From the NCBI GenBank assembly GCA_010015585.1, contig ML975169.1: a DNA stretch of 62,982 nt. One strand, given 5' to 3'. The position numbers were made by a program, and so were the translations under genes. Below are positions 38,845 through 52,253 of this stretch, piece after piece. The first letter of the stretch is position 1. Each line of letters begins with the position of its first letter. Under the pieces are notes generated by a model. That model searched no databases and was not told where the DNA came from. It saw only the letters and a list, made by a program, of their open reading frames with translations. This DNA comes from Eremomyces bilateralis CBS 781.70 (taxonomy: Eukaryota).

Positions 38845-41427
38845 TTACACTCTGGTGGCGTTCCATCGGAGCCCCTCTTCTTCCTCCGTCGCGTTGCACG
38901 CGTAGCTTGCGATGACCGCTCCCCAGCCTCCCTGGTTCGCTTTTACCCAGGCCACGACCTCTCCATCCTCCAGCACCATGCGCTCCTATAGGCGGGTGGT
39001 CGTGCCGAACAACCTCACGTTCTCCGAGTCCCAGATGCCAATGGAGTTTTGCTGGCACGACCAATCCGTGTCCGCGCACCGCGTCTCATTGTTGTTGAAC
39101 ACCCAATTGCACGCCCCGTAGGATGCGAAGTTGGTGGTATTCTTAATGTGCATGTACCATGCCATCCTACAATTCGGCTCGTCCTCTACGCAGTTTTCAA
39201 AAGTTGGATCGCTGGGCACTAGGTTCCTGCTCCATGGCACCGGGGCAGGGACAACGCCTTTTCCTTGCCAGTAGGGAGTCTCACTCATTCCCGTCGCCAT
39301 GAAGACGTCCTTCGCTCCGTGGAAGTTGTACTGATACAGAGTGTTGTGCTCGAACCCCGTTCCGATTAGCCAAGTAGGATTGGTCGATTCGATCAGCGCT
39401 CTGCGCCCGGTGCTAATGAGGATCGACCCGAAGGTCGGACGATCAAGGTCGTGATCAGCGGTCCAACCCCACATGTTCTTGATATATGCTCCGGAGCTGG
39501 GGGCTAGGTGGAGGAGACACCATGCGGCAGGGCAGGAGGCTGCATTCTCAGTGCAGTTCGTCCCTGTTCGGAGGGTCGTTCCTAGAGATCCACCGACGCG
39601 GAAGTGAACATTGCGGATATGGACAGGTTCGCTTGTATCATCAGGACTAAGGCTGACCTCAAGCTATAACTATATCAGCGACTGATTTGGGTTGAATGAA
39701 ACCAAGAAGGACTTACAAGTTTGGCTCCAGGCAACGGCTCAGCCACTGATATGATGAAGTCGCTCATGAGAAGGCTTCCTTTCTCTCCTGGTTCCCCAAC
39801 CTGAACAACTGGCTTAGGATTGTCTGGATCCTTGAAGTTGTCTCCTTTTGCAAGAATAACCGTAGCAAACGGATCTCCGACCAGTCTCAGTCCGGCCGGT
39901 ATATAGATGGTGTTAGTGACGGTGTAAATACCAGCGGGCCAATAAAGCAGAGAGCCAGTCTTCGCGGCCCATGCTAAGCGTCGATTGATATGCCAAGTAT
40001 CGTCGTTGAACCCGGTGCCACTGCCTTCCCAGTCCTGTGTACTCTGCGCGTATGAGCGGCATCTCAGGTCGATGAGGCTCGGAGGGTTGAGTGTCAAATA
40101 CTTGCCGTCCTGTATCAGTGGCAAAGAACGCGGAGCATAGACGCTCGTGGCATTAAACCAGATTCCTCGGATATTGTATGGAGCATACTAGCAATGTTAG
40201 GACTGATCGGTCCAGTAGCCATCATCCACTAGCTTTGCTTCCTCGAAGGAACATGTTCTCGATGTTGCCGGTAATGATAGCTTCGCCTTCCACCTCTAGC
40301 GTCACTCCATCATTCACGATATTGTCCAGCACCAATGTGTTGGCTGCTGAAGTAGATGCTACTGACTTGACTAAGCGCCAGCTCCCCTGGCCCAGCTAGT
40401 CAATGACAGCTGTCGAACCCGTTAGGTTGGTTGCATCGATGCCTGTCCCAACGTCACGGAAAGTGTTATTCAGGACGACGAGATTGTGGCCATCTTGCGC
40501 GAGGATACCCGTCTTACAGCCTTCGAAAAGCAGGTTCTTCAGAACCCATTGCTGACCAAAAACTGGATTCCAATGTTCCCACCGTAGAAAGCCAGATCAT
40601 TCTGCTCTTTGTCAGGGGTAGATTTGGTACTTGGGAAATTTACTCACGACGATGATATTACTGTTGAATTCGTACCAAGTGCTAATGCCACGATGACTGG
40701 AATTTTTGGCCATGTCTAGAACGGTCAGTACGATATCGGCCACTGAGTGCTTTCATCCCACTTACTGAATACCACATTCTCCAACAATGTTGCTTGACTG
40801 AGTGTCCAATCAAGTAAAGTCAGCTCACGCCCGGGGTCCACGTCCACTGAATCGATCACGAGGTTTTTCATTCCGATGTAGAAGTTATGCATGCCTACCA
40901 GGTTCGGATCTTTGCCGTAGACCACATGGTCATCAATCCCGAAGTTTCGCGATGTCTTCAATGTGGGGGCTCACGAAGATCACCTATGAGAACCGTGCCG
41001 GCATAGAGCTGGATACTTCCATCCATCAGGTAAGTTCCTTGTGGGAAGTAGACCACAGCTGGTTTTCCCGTAGTGCCATAGCTAGTCGTGCTGCGGCTAG
41101 GCCCTCGTTCTCCACCCGCTGCAGTTTCTCAGCAGTGTTCTTGCAAGATGGAAGCTTCTTACCGTTAATTGCCCGCTGGATTGCTGCAGAAGCACATTGG
41201 GTACCGGTATTGTCGGCTCCGAAATCACGCACCACATCGCGCACGACCCGGTAGTCCTTTGGTATCCCTATATAATCCGCGGCCGGATAAGGGTAGCTCT
41301 GGTTGATGAAGCCGCCGTAGATGTAGTCGCAAGGAGCGCTGTCAGGTAGCGTCTGGGCCAGCTCCGAGGCATGTGCAGAGAAGAGAATGTGGAAAATGAA
41401 GGGAATGATAGGAAAGATCATCGTCAT
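38845..41427 (-). pseudogene. Disrupted GH55 exo-beta-1,3-glucanase (Pectate_lyase_3 beta-helix) gene
   Basis: Signal peptide, VVRDVVRDFGADNTG, PAVVYFPQGTY, NFYIGMKNLVID, SQATLLENV and WGWTADHDLD, GTGFEHNTLYQYN, SETPYWQG are present. Lesions: a 1-nt frameshift at about 40558-40562, and in-frame TAG codons at 40396-40398 and 38986-38988. Confidence 0.85.
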
Positions 41428-42414
41428 TTTGCTATTGGAGAATACCAACCATAACTTTGAAGAATGAAGTCGGTACTGTACTCTCAATCCCCGGGACTTC
41501 CGGTTGCGCCTGCGGTTAGAGAAATGGCTTGATCTGCGATTCATGTAGGGAGTTAGTAAATCGAATGGTTGAAAGTTTGGCCTGATAATTGCGCGAATTC
41601 TTAAGGAATGAATCTTTTCTATAATATGGTACTGAAGAACTCTATTGATGATAAGGCAGAAATAGCCATTCACTGCCACAGAATCCACTCATTGTGGTAT
41701 CACTGTCATGCCGTGAGTAGCCACTGAACGGCAGAAATCATTAACTCGGTTTAAATGGACAAGAAAAGGCAGGAGAAAGGAGTTCCTTTCATGGTCGATT
41801 AACCAAAGCTGTCTTAATTCAATGGTTTTAGCTCCTATTACTTAGCTGAACTCCTATTCTAACCCACCAAATAGTACGGAGACTCCAGTCGTCGTCGCAA
41901 TATCCATATAGTCATAGGCGCCTCATCCCCCATCAGTCATCGTTAATCTTGATTCGTACGCAAATCATATTCCAAGAGCAAGTAGATGTACAATTGATAA
42001 TGAAATGCAGCTCGAGATATCCGTGTCGTACTTCATATCCATAAAGCTCCACCAAGCGCAGGCGTGTCCGTCAGTCATTGGCTGATGATCATAATCAACA
42101 TTACCTATCCCTAATTAACTCCTGTCATCCTTTCCACCTGGACATCAACCTACATGTCACAACCGATCCTCGATATTGTCTAAAGACGGCGGGGTCTTAG
42201 TCTTGTTTACCTAGAACTAATGCAATAACTATTCCCTTGCCCAGGGAGTGACGGACTTCGAGGGTTTGTGACAGCATTCGACTTTCGTTCATCCGCAATG
42301 ATTTGCAGTAGAAACCTATCAAAGGCAGTAGTTCCATCGATCCCCTTCTATAGCAGCGAATTGTACTTCTTTTGCTCCTGATATGTAAACCGCTTTTGAA
42401 AACCCCTTGGCTCA

Positions 42415-43062
42415 TCAATATAACCCACCCCTCAACGGCCTTCCAAACCGATTCTCCTCCACCCCGTCCAAACAATCTAAGTAAAGAATCCACCCCTTCT
42501 CATGCCACTCCCTCAAATCCAACCCGTCCTGCCCAGCCTCCAGCGTATGAGCATTGAGGGTGAAATATCCATTCCCCCCGCTCCCCTCCCTCCACCCCTC
42601 CTTCGAGTCCTTCCTCAACTTCCACACTTTCACCCCTGTCCCGGCCTCCACGCCCTTCAACCCCTCTGGGACATCCATCTCCACGACCTCGCTCGGCCCA
42701 AAGCACGTAAAGCACCTCGTCCCGCACTTCCCGCAAAAATACCAAGCCGACGCCCCCGAAAAGCAGCGATACACGCTCAGCCCCTCGGGCCCCATGTCGG
42801 CCAGCTCGGCCGAGTCGCCTGTGGAGGTGGCGGGGACGGGGGAGAGGAGGTAGAAATCGTCGGGTGCGCAGGGGAGGCGCACGTGGAAGTAGCCGAACTT
42901 GTGGCAGGTGGTGCAGTTGCATTTGCGGATGCGGACGGTTTGGTCGGCAGGCGCCTTGGAGGTGAGGATGGCGGGGGGGAGGGTGAGGTGGACGACGTAG
43001 CGGATGTGGCCGCAGTGGCAGGAGCCGGTGTAAGGTTTGCGGGAGGGGGTTTCGGTGGACAT
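42415..43062 (-). CDS. GFA (glutathione-dependent formaldehyde-activating)/CENP-V family Zn protein
   Basis: YTGSCHCGHIRY, CNCTTCHK and YFCGKCGTRCF are present. The likely start is MSTETPSRK at 43062. Confidence 0.88.
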   Translation of the reverse strand: MSTETPSRKPYTGSCHCGHIRYVVHLTLPPAILTSKAPADQTVRIRKCNCTTCHKFGYFHVRLPCAPDDFYLLSPVPATSTGDSAELADMGPEGLSVYRCFSGASAWYFCGKCGTRCFTCFGPSEVVEMDVPEGLKGVEAGTGVKVWKLRKDSKEGWREGSGGNGYFTLNAHTLEAGQDGLDLREWHEKGWILYLDCLDGVEENRFGRPLRGGLY

Positions 43063-43904
43063 ATTCGGTACCAGTACGAAAGAGAAGTGTAGACTGCCGT
43101 AGACTAGCAAACGGTTGGACAATTTCAAGCGGTAGGAATCAAATATGTAGTATGTGTGGCAGGTCTTGGAAAGCGGTTTCTTGAATCGTCCGAATACACA
43201 AGCCAATTTTATAGACGCTTTAATACCATACTGCTGGATTCGGGCAATAGATTCATTCGAATCTAAAATCAAGATAACCCCACATACAAGGGTTTTCATG
43301 GATTGCTGCCTGCTAACTACTGCATGTCAGAGAAACCAACGAGTATCCGTATAAAAGATACCGATAATTACGTCTTACACGGGCGATCCTTTAGTCTCTT
43401 GGTATTTCCATCATTAGCTCACTGCAGTATGCAGGATTACGAATACCCTAGAGCCTGGACAAGCAGGGCTTCCTTAATAGTACGGCCAGCCGGTCCAGAA
43501 CATCATATCTACCTATTCAGTTCAGCATAGCATTAATTCCTACGACAAGTAATGTTATCCAGGAGTCTCCAGTATAGATGAAGTGGATAAAGTGGAAGAA
43601 TCAGGTAGCAAGGGTTTGTTCTAGGGTACGATTGGACATTATGGATCGAGTCGACGAACTCAGCAGTGTGGACAAGGGACAAACATCTCAAGGGATAGAA
43701 GTTTCAAGGCGCGTATAATCCAGCTTATGATAAGGAAACGGCATATGATTAAAATCCAGCACTTGACATAGGTATGAACAGGAAGAAGAACAGAAAAGCG
43801 CTCATAACCAAGTCCACCAATGGATAGGATAGGTATTGTCCCTCAAAAATCAGGTTGTGTACCTGCATCTATCCCAACAGACCGCCACCAGTCTATGACA
43901 CCAA

Positions 43905-45218
43905 CTATTTCGTCTTCTTGTGCTCTTTCACCGGCACCGGGATATTCGGATGCTTAATCGTCAAGCACCAGATATCCAAGTAATCGCAAATCGCGACAAT
44001 TACATCCACCACAAAGCTGCCATAGACACCAATGCCCATGCCCAAACACAGGAACATGAACGCCACCTGATACACGTCCTCTCCCAACGCGCTAGGCCAT
44101 CCCAGCCAACCATCCAGTCCGATCTTGGCGCTCACCTCCCGCTGCAACACCGGTCCCATCGAGTCCACGATGCCGAGGAACAGCGGCAGCCATAGGATGT
44201 TGCTGCGCGGGAACGCGGACTTGGTTAGGTGCGCACAGATCATGCGGCCGACAGAGTAGGCGTTGGTGAGGCCGACGAAGAAGATGAACGGGACCAGATG
44301 GTGGTGCAGGATCTTCGGTTGGAGCGCGAGGTAGGCGGGGACGAGGACCCAGGTGATGGCGAACGGGAGGAGGCCGAGGAGGGCGACACGGCCCTTCTTG
44401 CCTTCGGCGCGTCGCACCTCGATGACGTTTTGCGCGGCTTGCACGGTGTTGACGATCAACATGATGCTGCCGTAGAAAATGTACCAGTCGGTGAACGCCG
44501 AGTTGTAAATGAAATCCGGGATCCAGGCGGCCTTGGAGACTCCCAAGGTGGCCATCAGTGAATTGCTCCAAAAGGAGCCACCGCCAAGGAATGCCGTTAG
44601 TCCGTAGATCACACACAATGTCAAGATGCCTTCCACTGGACCGGAGATCAACCCCAACGTGAGGGTATGGGTATGGTACTCCTCCCATGTCTGTACGTAG
44701 AAGGTCCCCAGGCTTGCGAACAGGACCGCGACCGTCCTCCATCCTTCTCCTAGGTTCATGGTGGCGCTGAAAATGAGGACCTCCAGCGATGTGTTGAGGG
44801 AGTCGACCCCATGATCAAAAAGTTCACCAAGCGGTCCGGACTGGCCAGTCCGGCGTGCTTGCGTTCCGTCTACGGCATCGAATGTTTGGTAGAGGAATAG
44901 TCCGATCGACCAGGAGGCATAGACCCAGGGTGGGCAGTCGGTGTCAAGACCGGGAGTATACCATAGGAGGGTGAGGAAATTGATGACGACGAAAGAGAAT
45001 CCACTCAAGGTGATCAGGTTGGGGCTAGGCAATCATGATCAGCTTGGAGTTGACATAGACAGGTGGCAATACACTTACGCCATCCACATGGGAAAGAGTT
45101 TGATGACCACATGAGTGTAGAAGGGCTTGAGGATGTATCGCGATGTTAAACTCTTATCTACGCCGGAGTACTTGTACTCCTTCAGCCTGGGGAGCTTGTC
45201 TTGCCTTATGTACACCAT
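43905..45218 (-). CDS. Choline/ethanolamine phosphotransferase (CPT1/EPT1-like CDP-alcohol phosphotransferase)
   Basis: YKYSGVDKSLTSRYIL...PMWMA|PNLITLSG, and CDP-OH motif DAVDGTQARRTGQSGPLGELFDHGVD. Multiple TM segments. There is one intron. Confidence 0.95.
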
Positions 45219-46008
45219 TGCGAATGAGGATCGGAGGAATTCAAAATCAAACAACAAGTATTGGGTATCTTAGGGGATAGAGAGGTTCATAATTGATGGA
45301 AGATGGAATAAGATGCGACGACGACGCCGAAATCGCAAGCCCGATGATCTGGAAATGTATCGTGCAATAATAATGAACACGCGACAGGCGCCGGTTCCAA
45401 ATTTCGAGGAAGGAGCAGGGGGAAGCCCTGGATGGTAGTCACGACGTCATTTCTTGGCATCCAAGTTGATTGAGGAGGGGACCAAAATATTTACACAACA
45501 ATAAACTGCATCTATGACAGGGGCGTCCTCACGTGTTCATCCTTCATCATCTCCTGGTCACTCAAGATGCATTGGATTGTAACGACTGCCGACTGATATA
45601 TCCACAGCAAAGAGGTTGTTATGATACACCTCAAGAAGTCGAGATGGGGAAAAACTAGAAATACGGACACACCGGGTCCGCCCGTCCTTTTTGCTCGTGC
45701 AATTAATCAATCCCCCTGCTAGTCCAACTAACCCTAGCCCCCTTTGAGGACTCTATATCTGACATGGCGGCAACCAACTCACGTCCGTTGCAATGTATAA
45801 CTACAAGAGACATGAGATCCCAACGCGCGCGCATACCGATATAGAGCTATTACAGTGCTCGTATACGAACACAGCGGTCCGATCTTGTCTGTGAAGGATA
45901 CAACGTCTCCTGTCATCAACTTGCCATCCATGCCGGTACATTCCGAGTCCTAAAGCCCTTTTGTAATATTACTAGCAGAGTTTGGGTACAAGAGTGACAA
46001 TATCTTTC

Positions 46009-47665
46009 ATGTCTTTGTCAATTATTGCCAATATTTTTGCTATGCACTCCCAGACGCCGATATCTGCATATCCAGTGCGGGATTGTTCTCCTGCAGCCAT
46101 TCCTTTTCCGTCTGTGTTTGGAGCAGAGATCATATCAATCACTGCCAACCGCGTCGACGATGCCTCTATCCCTATTGCGGCGGAGAACCCCTTTGGTCGC
46201 CGACCCGAGAATGCTGAAAATTTCAGCTACTGTAATGTCACTGTCTCACATACCCATCCAGGATGGGGCGACACTCTTCGGACGCAGGTCTGGTTGCCAA
46301 CGGAGAATTGGAACCGACGCATGCAGGGGATCGGGGGCGCCGGGATGGTCGCCGGCCTCTTCCCCTGGAATGAGTTCCCTATGTACAGCGCCGTCGGTCA
46401 AGGCTACGCCGCGATGACCGTCGATGGGGGACTACCGAGCTGGACGACAGAGGATTGGGCTCTGCTCAGTCCTGGCAACGTCAACAAGTACCTCCTGGAA
46501 GATTTCGCGTCACGAAGCCTCGCAGATGGGACGTTGATTGCGAAGAGTGTGATCGAAAGCTTCTATGGAGAGGCACCCCAATACTCTTATTGGGCGGGAT
46601 GTTCGCAAGGGGGCCGTCAAGGCATGATGCTCGCGCAGAAATACCCGACCTTATACGATGGCATTCATGCCTCAGCTCCAGCTTTTAACTGGAACCATCA
46701 AATAGTTGGCAACTTCTGGCCACAGCAGGTTATGAATGAAATGGAAGAGTACCCACGGCCCTGCGAGCTCCAGGCTCTTACAGATGCTGCCATCGAGGCA
46801 TGCGACGGCCTTGATGGTGTCAAAGATGGTCTCATATCCGATATGGATGCATGCTATTTCGATCCATTCACCCTGGTCGGGAAGAGGATCGGATGTCCGG
46901 ATGTGCGGGGAAGGATTCCCATCAGCCAAGCCGCAGCGATCATTGCGGACGCCGTGTGGACCGGCTCGAATGGGAACTCTCCTGTAATTATGCCTGGCTA
47001 TCAGGCAAGCATGACATCCGGGTCCTCACTCTCTTTTACGGCCTGTGATAGAGAAGGGTCCTGTAAGGGCTTCCCATCACAATTTTTCACAGACTGGATA
47101 AGGCTCTTTGTCCATAAGGACCCGTCGTTCGATTGCAGTCATATGACGAGAGAGGAGTTCTTGGATGTCTTACGTCGATCTATTCAGGAATATGGCATGA
47201 TTGATACCTATGACCCCGATTTGAGCGCCTTCCGTAAAGCTGGCGGCAAACTTGTCACATTCCATGGGTTGGTAAGTGGTCGCGATCTCTCTGGTCAATC
47301 CACAAGAACTAGGGATATTCTACTAACATAGTATACAGGCCGATGAAATCCTCCCGTTCGGAAACACCCGAAACTACTACGAAGAAGTCACCAAGCGAGA
47401 CCCCGATGTGGCAGACTTCTATAGGTACTTTGAAACTCCTGGTCTCGGTCACTGCGGCGGCAACATTGGTCCCGTTCCGAACGGAATCTTCGAACGGCTG
47501 GTTGATTGGGTTGAGCACGGGAAAACTCCCGAGTCGTTGACGGCGACTGGACCTCCTGATAAACGTGGAAAGGTGAGAAATCGGATCTTGTGTCCGTATC
47601 CTCAAAAGGCAAAGTATGATGGGAAAGGAGATGTGAATGCATATGACAGCTGGTCTTGCCATTGA
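46009..47665 (+). CDS. Tannase/feruloyl esterase family hydrolase
   Basis: WNRRMQGIGGAG, nucleophile YWAGCSQGGRQG, HGL|ADEILP (intron 47272-47338) and PGLGHCGG give an intact CS-D-HC arrangement. Confidence 0.93.
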
Positions 47666-48035
47666 GGATTTCAGAGATACCAATCATAACGACTCCATAA
47701 AGCTATAATTGTTGTAGGGACCAGCGACCAGTTCAAGCGTTGATCCTCCAGTCAGAACGCGGCGACTTTCAAAGTTATCCAGGAATAATAATAAAAATGG
47801 CCCAATGAAACGCGATTTCGTCTTTAGGGAGTTGTCCATCGATCCATAAAACAAGAGCGTGGCTTTTTAGTTAAATGCTTGTGGTAAATTTCCGTTCCCA
47901 CATTCACTGGCCTTCCGGTATCCATATTGTAGACCCTGATAATTAGTTAGTGGTGGCTGGCGAAGTTTATTTCTACATCACCGCAACAACTAATTCGAAC
48001 AACAACTCTAATATATCAACCACACGAATTCCAAA

Positions 48036-48869
48036 ATGAAGCGCAAACGACAAGAAAACGTCGATCACCAAATCTCGAAGCCCAACGCGCTCGCCTATTG
48101 GGCCAGCGTGAGCGCGGACGACGACGGCGTGCTCGGCGGGTTCCCCGAAGTGTCCCCCATCGACATCGCCGGATCCCGCGCCTTTCTCACCGAATTGATG
48201 CTGGGCAAGCCACCCACATCGAATCAAGAAATCGCGTCCAATGACCCGGGCGACGAAATTTTATTCGACAGAGTCGTGGACTGCGGCGCCGGCATTGGCC
48301 GCGTGACGCGCAACCTCCTCTCCCAGGTCGCGCGGACGGTGGATATCGTGGAGCCGGTGAAGGAATTGACGGACGTCGTCACGGCGTCGGATTCGTTCAA
48401 AGACTTGCGGGATGCGGGGCGCATCGGCGACGTCTTCAATGTCGGTCTGCAGGACTGGGTGCCACCTGAAGGACGGAGGTACGACTTGGTCTGGACGCAA
48501 TGGTGCCTAGGCCAGCTGACGGATAAAGAGGTGGTGCGGTACTTGAAGAAGCTCACCGGATCGCAGGGTTCGCTCGAACCGCCGGCGAAGGGCGATAAGT
48601 CACCCTCGGAGACAGCGGGCGACGGGTACCTGACGCGGAACTCGGGGAAGGGGTGGCTGGTGGTCAAGGAGAACATCATTACGCCGCAGGCGGATGGGAA
48701 GGAGCAGGATCGGTTCGACAAGGTGGATAGCAGCGTCACGCGGACGGAGGGGAAGTTTAACAAGCTCTTCCGGCAGGCGGGGCTGGAGGTGGTGCAGGAG
48801 GAGAAGCAGAGCGGTTTGCCGGAGGGACTGTTTCCAGTGATGATGTGGGCATTGATGCGAGTATGGTGA
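48036..48869 (+). CDS. ntm1: Alpha N-terminal protein methyltransferase (Ntm1/Tae1/NTMT1 family)
   Basis: ALAYW...DGVLGGF...DIAGSRAFL, SAM motif VVDCGAGIGRVT, WTQWCLGQLTD, VVKEN, DSSVTR, LPEGLFPVMMWAL. Confidence 0.9.
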   Translation: MKRKRQENVDHQISKPNALAYWASVSADDDGVLGGFPEVSPIDIAGSRAFLTELMLGKPPTSNQEIASNDPGDEILFDRVVDCGAGIGRVTRNLLSQVARTVDIVEPVKELTDVVTASDSFKDLRDAGRIGDVFNVGLQDWVPPEGRRYDLVWTQWCLGQLTDKEVVRYLKKLTGSQGSLEPPAKGDKSPSETAGDGYLTRNSGKGWLVVKENIITPQADGKEQDRFDKVDSSVTRTEGKFNKLFRQAGLEVVQEEKQSGLPEGLFPVMMWALMRVW

Positions 48870-49493
48870 CAGGACGTGATATTGAGAGCCGTTGAGATAG
48901 TTCATCTGTGGTGCGGTTTGGAGTCGGTTACATGATGCGCTGGTGTTGGAGGAAGCGCTCCTGGATCAATTGGCAACACTTTTGGTCCGCTATGCTATTA
49001 TTATGAAGCTTTCGATGATAATTATTGACCAAGGAATAATCCGCTACGGTGTTGAATTGCTCACAGGATGCCGTTTCACAAACCATCTATGATAGATGGT
49101 GCGGCCTTGAGCATAGCAGGGATGTGCCTGTCTTTTCGGTGAATGAGCGAAACCTGAAGCCTTATCAAACGCATCTTCGAGTTACTTTGTAGCAGCTTTT
49201 ATTTACCAAATGGTTCCTTCCCATTGGGTTCTATAAAAACCCAATTTCAAGTGAATTCTAGCTAGTATGCCATATGACGATACGTTATGGATATGGATAT
49301 GGTACTCGGACATATCGTTTTAAACTCCGCGTGGCCGGCAATCAGAGACCCCCACTATTCCCCCAACTTCTTATTACTACACCTCATCCGTCACCATTGC
49401 GCTTCACGATAATCTGAGCATTGATTCTGATAGTAATCCGTACTGTACTTCTGTACTCCAAGTACCGGAACTAACAATTAAGGTTCTTGGATC

Positions 49494-51805
49494 ATGCCTA
49501 CCACGAGATCGCAAGTAGATAACGATGCCGACCCTCCGGCCGTAGCCGACTCCAGCGCCGTGCTCATGGACTCCGAATCCGAAGATACTGATGATTTCGA
49601 TTACCAACCAGCCTCCGAGCGGCGAGAAGCTGAGAACTATAGCGTAGATGATGAGGACGAGGAAGATGACGAAGGTGAATACGTCGGTGAGAGGGTTTCC
49701 CAAACGCTCTATTCGAATCATCGGACATTGCTGAACGATGCCTCCGGGGTGCTTACAGATGCGGACGAGAACCTAATCGTCGATTTTCAGTTTAATTCCG
49801 AGGATGAGGAGGATGACCTGGGCGATCTGGATGACCTGGACGAGGACCAGACTGGCGAGCAAGCTGAAGGTGGAGATGGGGACGATGGTCGTGGGCCACT
49901 CTACGGTAAGCGCACAGAAATCCATGTTGGGATAATCCACCTCCTAATTGCGCTATCACAGTGACAAGAGAGCAACTGCTTCAAATCCTTGGGCATTCTG
50001 GCGGCTTAGGCGGATTCCTGGCCCGTCAACTTTCAGACATGGACGAAATCGGCGGAGAGTATTGGGGTCGCCGACGAAGGAAACGGAGCGGTCCCCGAGG
50101 CCCCTCCACATTCGACGCCGTTCCTAGCGAGGCTGGCCAGAAGCTGATGAATTCGGGCAAGTTTGGCTCGGTCGATCGAAATGCATTTGGGTACCGAAGA
50201 AAGAAGAAGTTCTCGGCAAGGCTGTTTCAGAGGGAGCTCGGCATGGGGTCGTATGGGACGCGGTCGGCGAGCAATAGCTTGATATCACGGGTATGCCTCT
50301 ATAAATTTGGCGTTGGCTCATGCTAGTGCTTACGGCGTGCAGGGAATGGTTCCGAGCACCGACACCGCGGATATGATCATCCATTATAATCACCGATGTT
50401 ACTCAGGGCAGTTCTCCGATGACGGCAACTTCTTCTTCACCTGCTGCCAGGATTTCAAGGTGCGCATGTACGATACCTCGAATCCGTACGATTGGAAGTA
50501 TTATAAGGTAAGCCACGTATCCGCGCCTGTCCCTATTACTCCGCTGATCGACTCTAGTCCGTCGACCATCATGGCGGCAGCTGGACCCTTACCGACGCCT
50601 CGCTTTCCCCCGACAACCGCTTCCTCGCCTACTCCTCCATGCAACCTACAGTCTGCATGGCATCCACCGACCCCGAATCTGAAACCACGCCCTTCCAACT
50701 CGACTTCACGCAGATGGGCCAAACCGCCCGGCGCCCCTACCACGACGACCGACATTTTGGCATCTGGTCCGTCCGATTCAGTGGCGACGGCCGGGAACTG
50801 GTCGCGGGAACAGGCAACAACAGCGTCTACGTGTACGACCTCGAAACCCGGAAGACCGTCCTCCGCATCCGTGGCCACCACGATGACGTCAATGCCGTCT
50901 GCTACGGCGACAAGCAATCCCCGCACATCCTGTACTCCGGCTCCGACGACGCGACCATCAAAGTGTGGGATCGAAGAAGTTTAGGCGACGGACGACCGGC
51001 TGGCGTGTTTCTGGGCCATACCGAAGGCGTGACGTACGTCGACAGCAAAGGCGACGGCCGATACGTGCTCAGCAATGCGAAGGACCAGACCGCCAAACTG
51101 TGGGACCTGCGGAAGACCATGAGCGCCGACGAAGCGGGGAAGATCAATACGCTGAATGACTACTCCTCCGGCTTCGATTACAGGCAAGAACGTTACGATG
51201 TCAGCCAATATACCCCCCATAAGAACGACTGCTCGCTGGTGACCTTCCGCGGACACTCGGTCCTATGGACCCTCATCCGATGCCACTTCTCTCCGCCCAC
51301 CAGCTCTGGCGGGAGCTACGTGTACAGCGGTAGCCGCGATGGCAACGTGTATATCTGGAACATGGACGCCACCCTGGCCGGCAAGATCGACGTGCAAAAC
51401 TCCACGATGAACACCCGGCCGGACGACGAAGAGATGCGGACGGCAGCACGGAATACCTGGAGCAGTCGCGGGAATATGTGGATGGCATGCGTACGCGATG
51501 CCAGCTGGCATCCGAGCGCCCCGGTTATTGCTGGTAAGTCTCGATTCCATTGTTTTGCGATGATACCTTGCAAGCCTAACATCTCGACAGCGACCGCATG
51601 GAATGGGCGTGGCGCAGTGCTTGGTACCGCAAGCGTGCACACGTGGGGACCGGGAACGGGCGAACGGGACGAGGGACCGACCAAGGTCAACGGGCAGCTG
51701 AAGCCGGTTTATTCGAGCGAGCGATCGGGGTCCTCGCCGATACGGAGACGGCGAAGACGAACCGTTGCAGATGACACTGATGATGAGATGCCTGGGTTGG
51801 TTTAG
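49494..51805 (+). CDS. WD40 protein, DCAF11/WDR23 (LEC14B) family, multi-exon
   Basis: Acidic N-terminus, then CYSGQFSDDGNFFF, GHHDDVNAVCYGDKQSPHILYSGSDD...VWDRRS, GHTEGVTYVDSKGDGRYVLSN, RGHSVLWTLIRCHFSP and VRDASWHP. Confidence 0.92.
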
Positions 51806-52253
51806 GGTTTCCAGGCTTTACGATGAGAGGTGGTGTGCACCAAGGAATCTCCACGGTGAACGAAATTTGAATGCCCCTTTTGGTGGTGGATTTTGAGACC
51901 GAGGAGTTGGGAAACCGGTTGCACTAGGAACTGGAGCATTTGTCGCAAACACGTTGCTCCCCCGGTTCTCATCCAGCCAGGCATGTGGACACCACCATTT
52001 TATGACCAAGAAAAGATACCGCTTCATTTTGTACAGTCATGCAAGATGCTAGAATATGATGCCGATACCCGCCCGTAACGACCAATAAAGCCTTCCAGTT
52101 TCCCCGGAGTGCCTAAATAGCACCAACGCCACGCAACCCATAGATCCGTCGGCAACGACCTGACGCGAATCGCAGCCATTCATGGTCCTGGCAATCGTTC
52201 GGAAAGGGGGGACACGATTCGTCTGCGCGTTGCTTCGATATGCGCGAGCTCCT

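Noticed and set aside
38845..38988. Programmed stop-codon readthrough in the GH55 gene
   Set aside because: An upstream frameshift and a second nonsense codon make pseudogenisation the simpler explanation.
43063..43299. N-terminal extension of the GFA ORF from 43299
   Set aside because: It is AT-rich, lacks coding-like composition and precedes the family start; ATG 43062 is more plausible.
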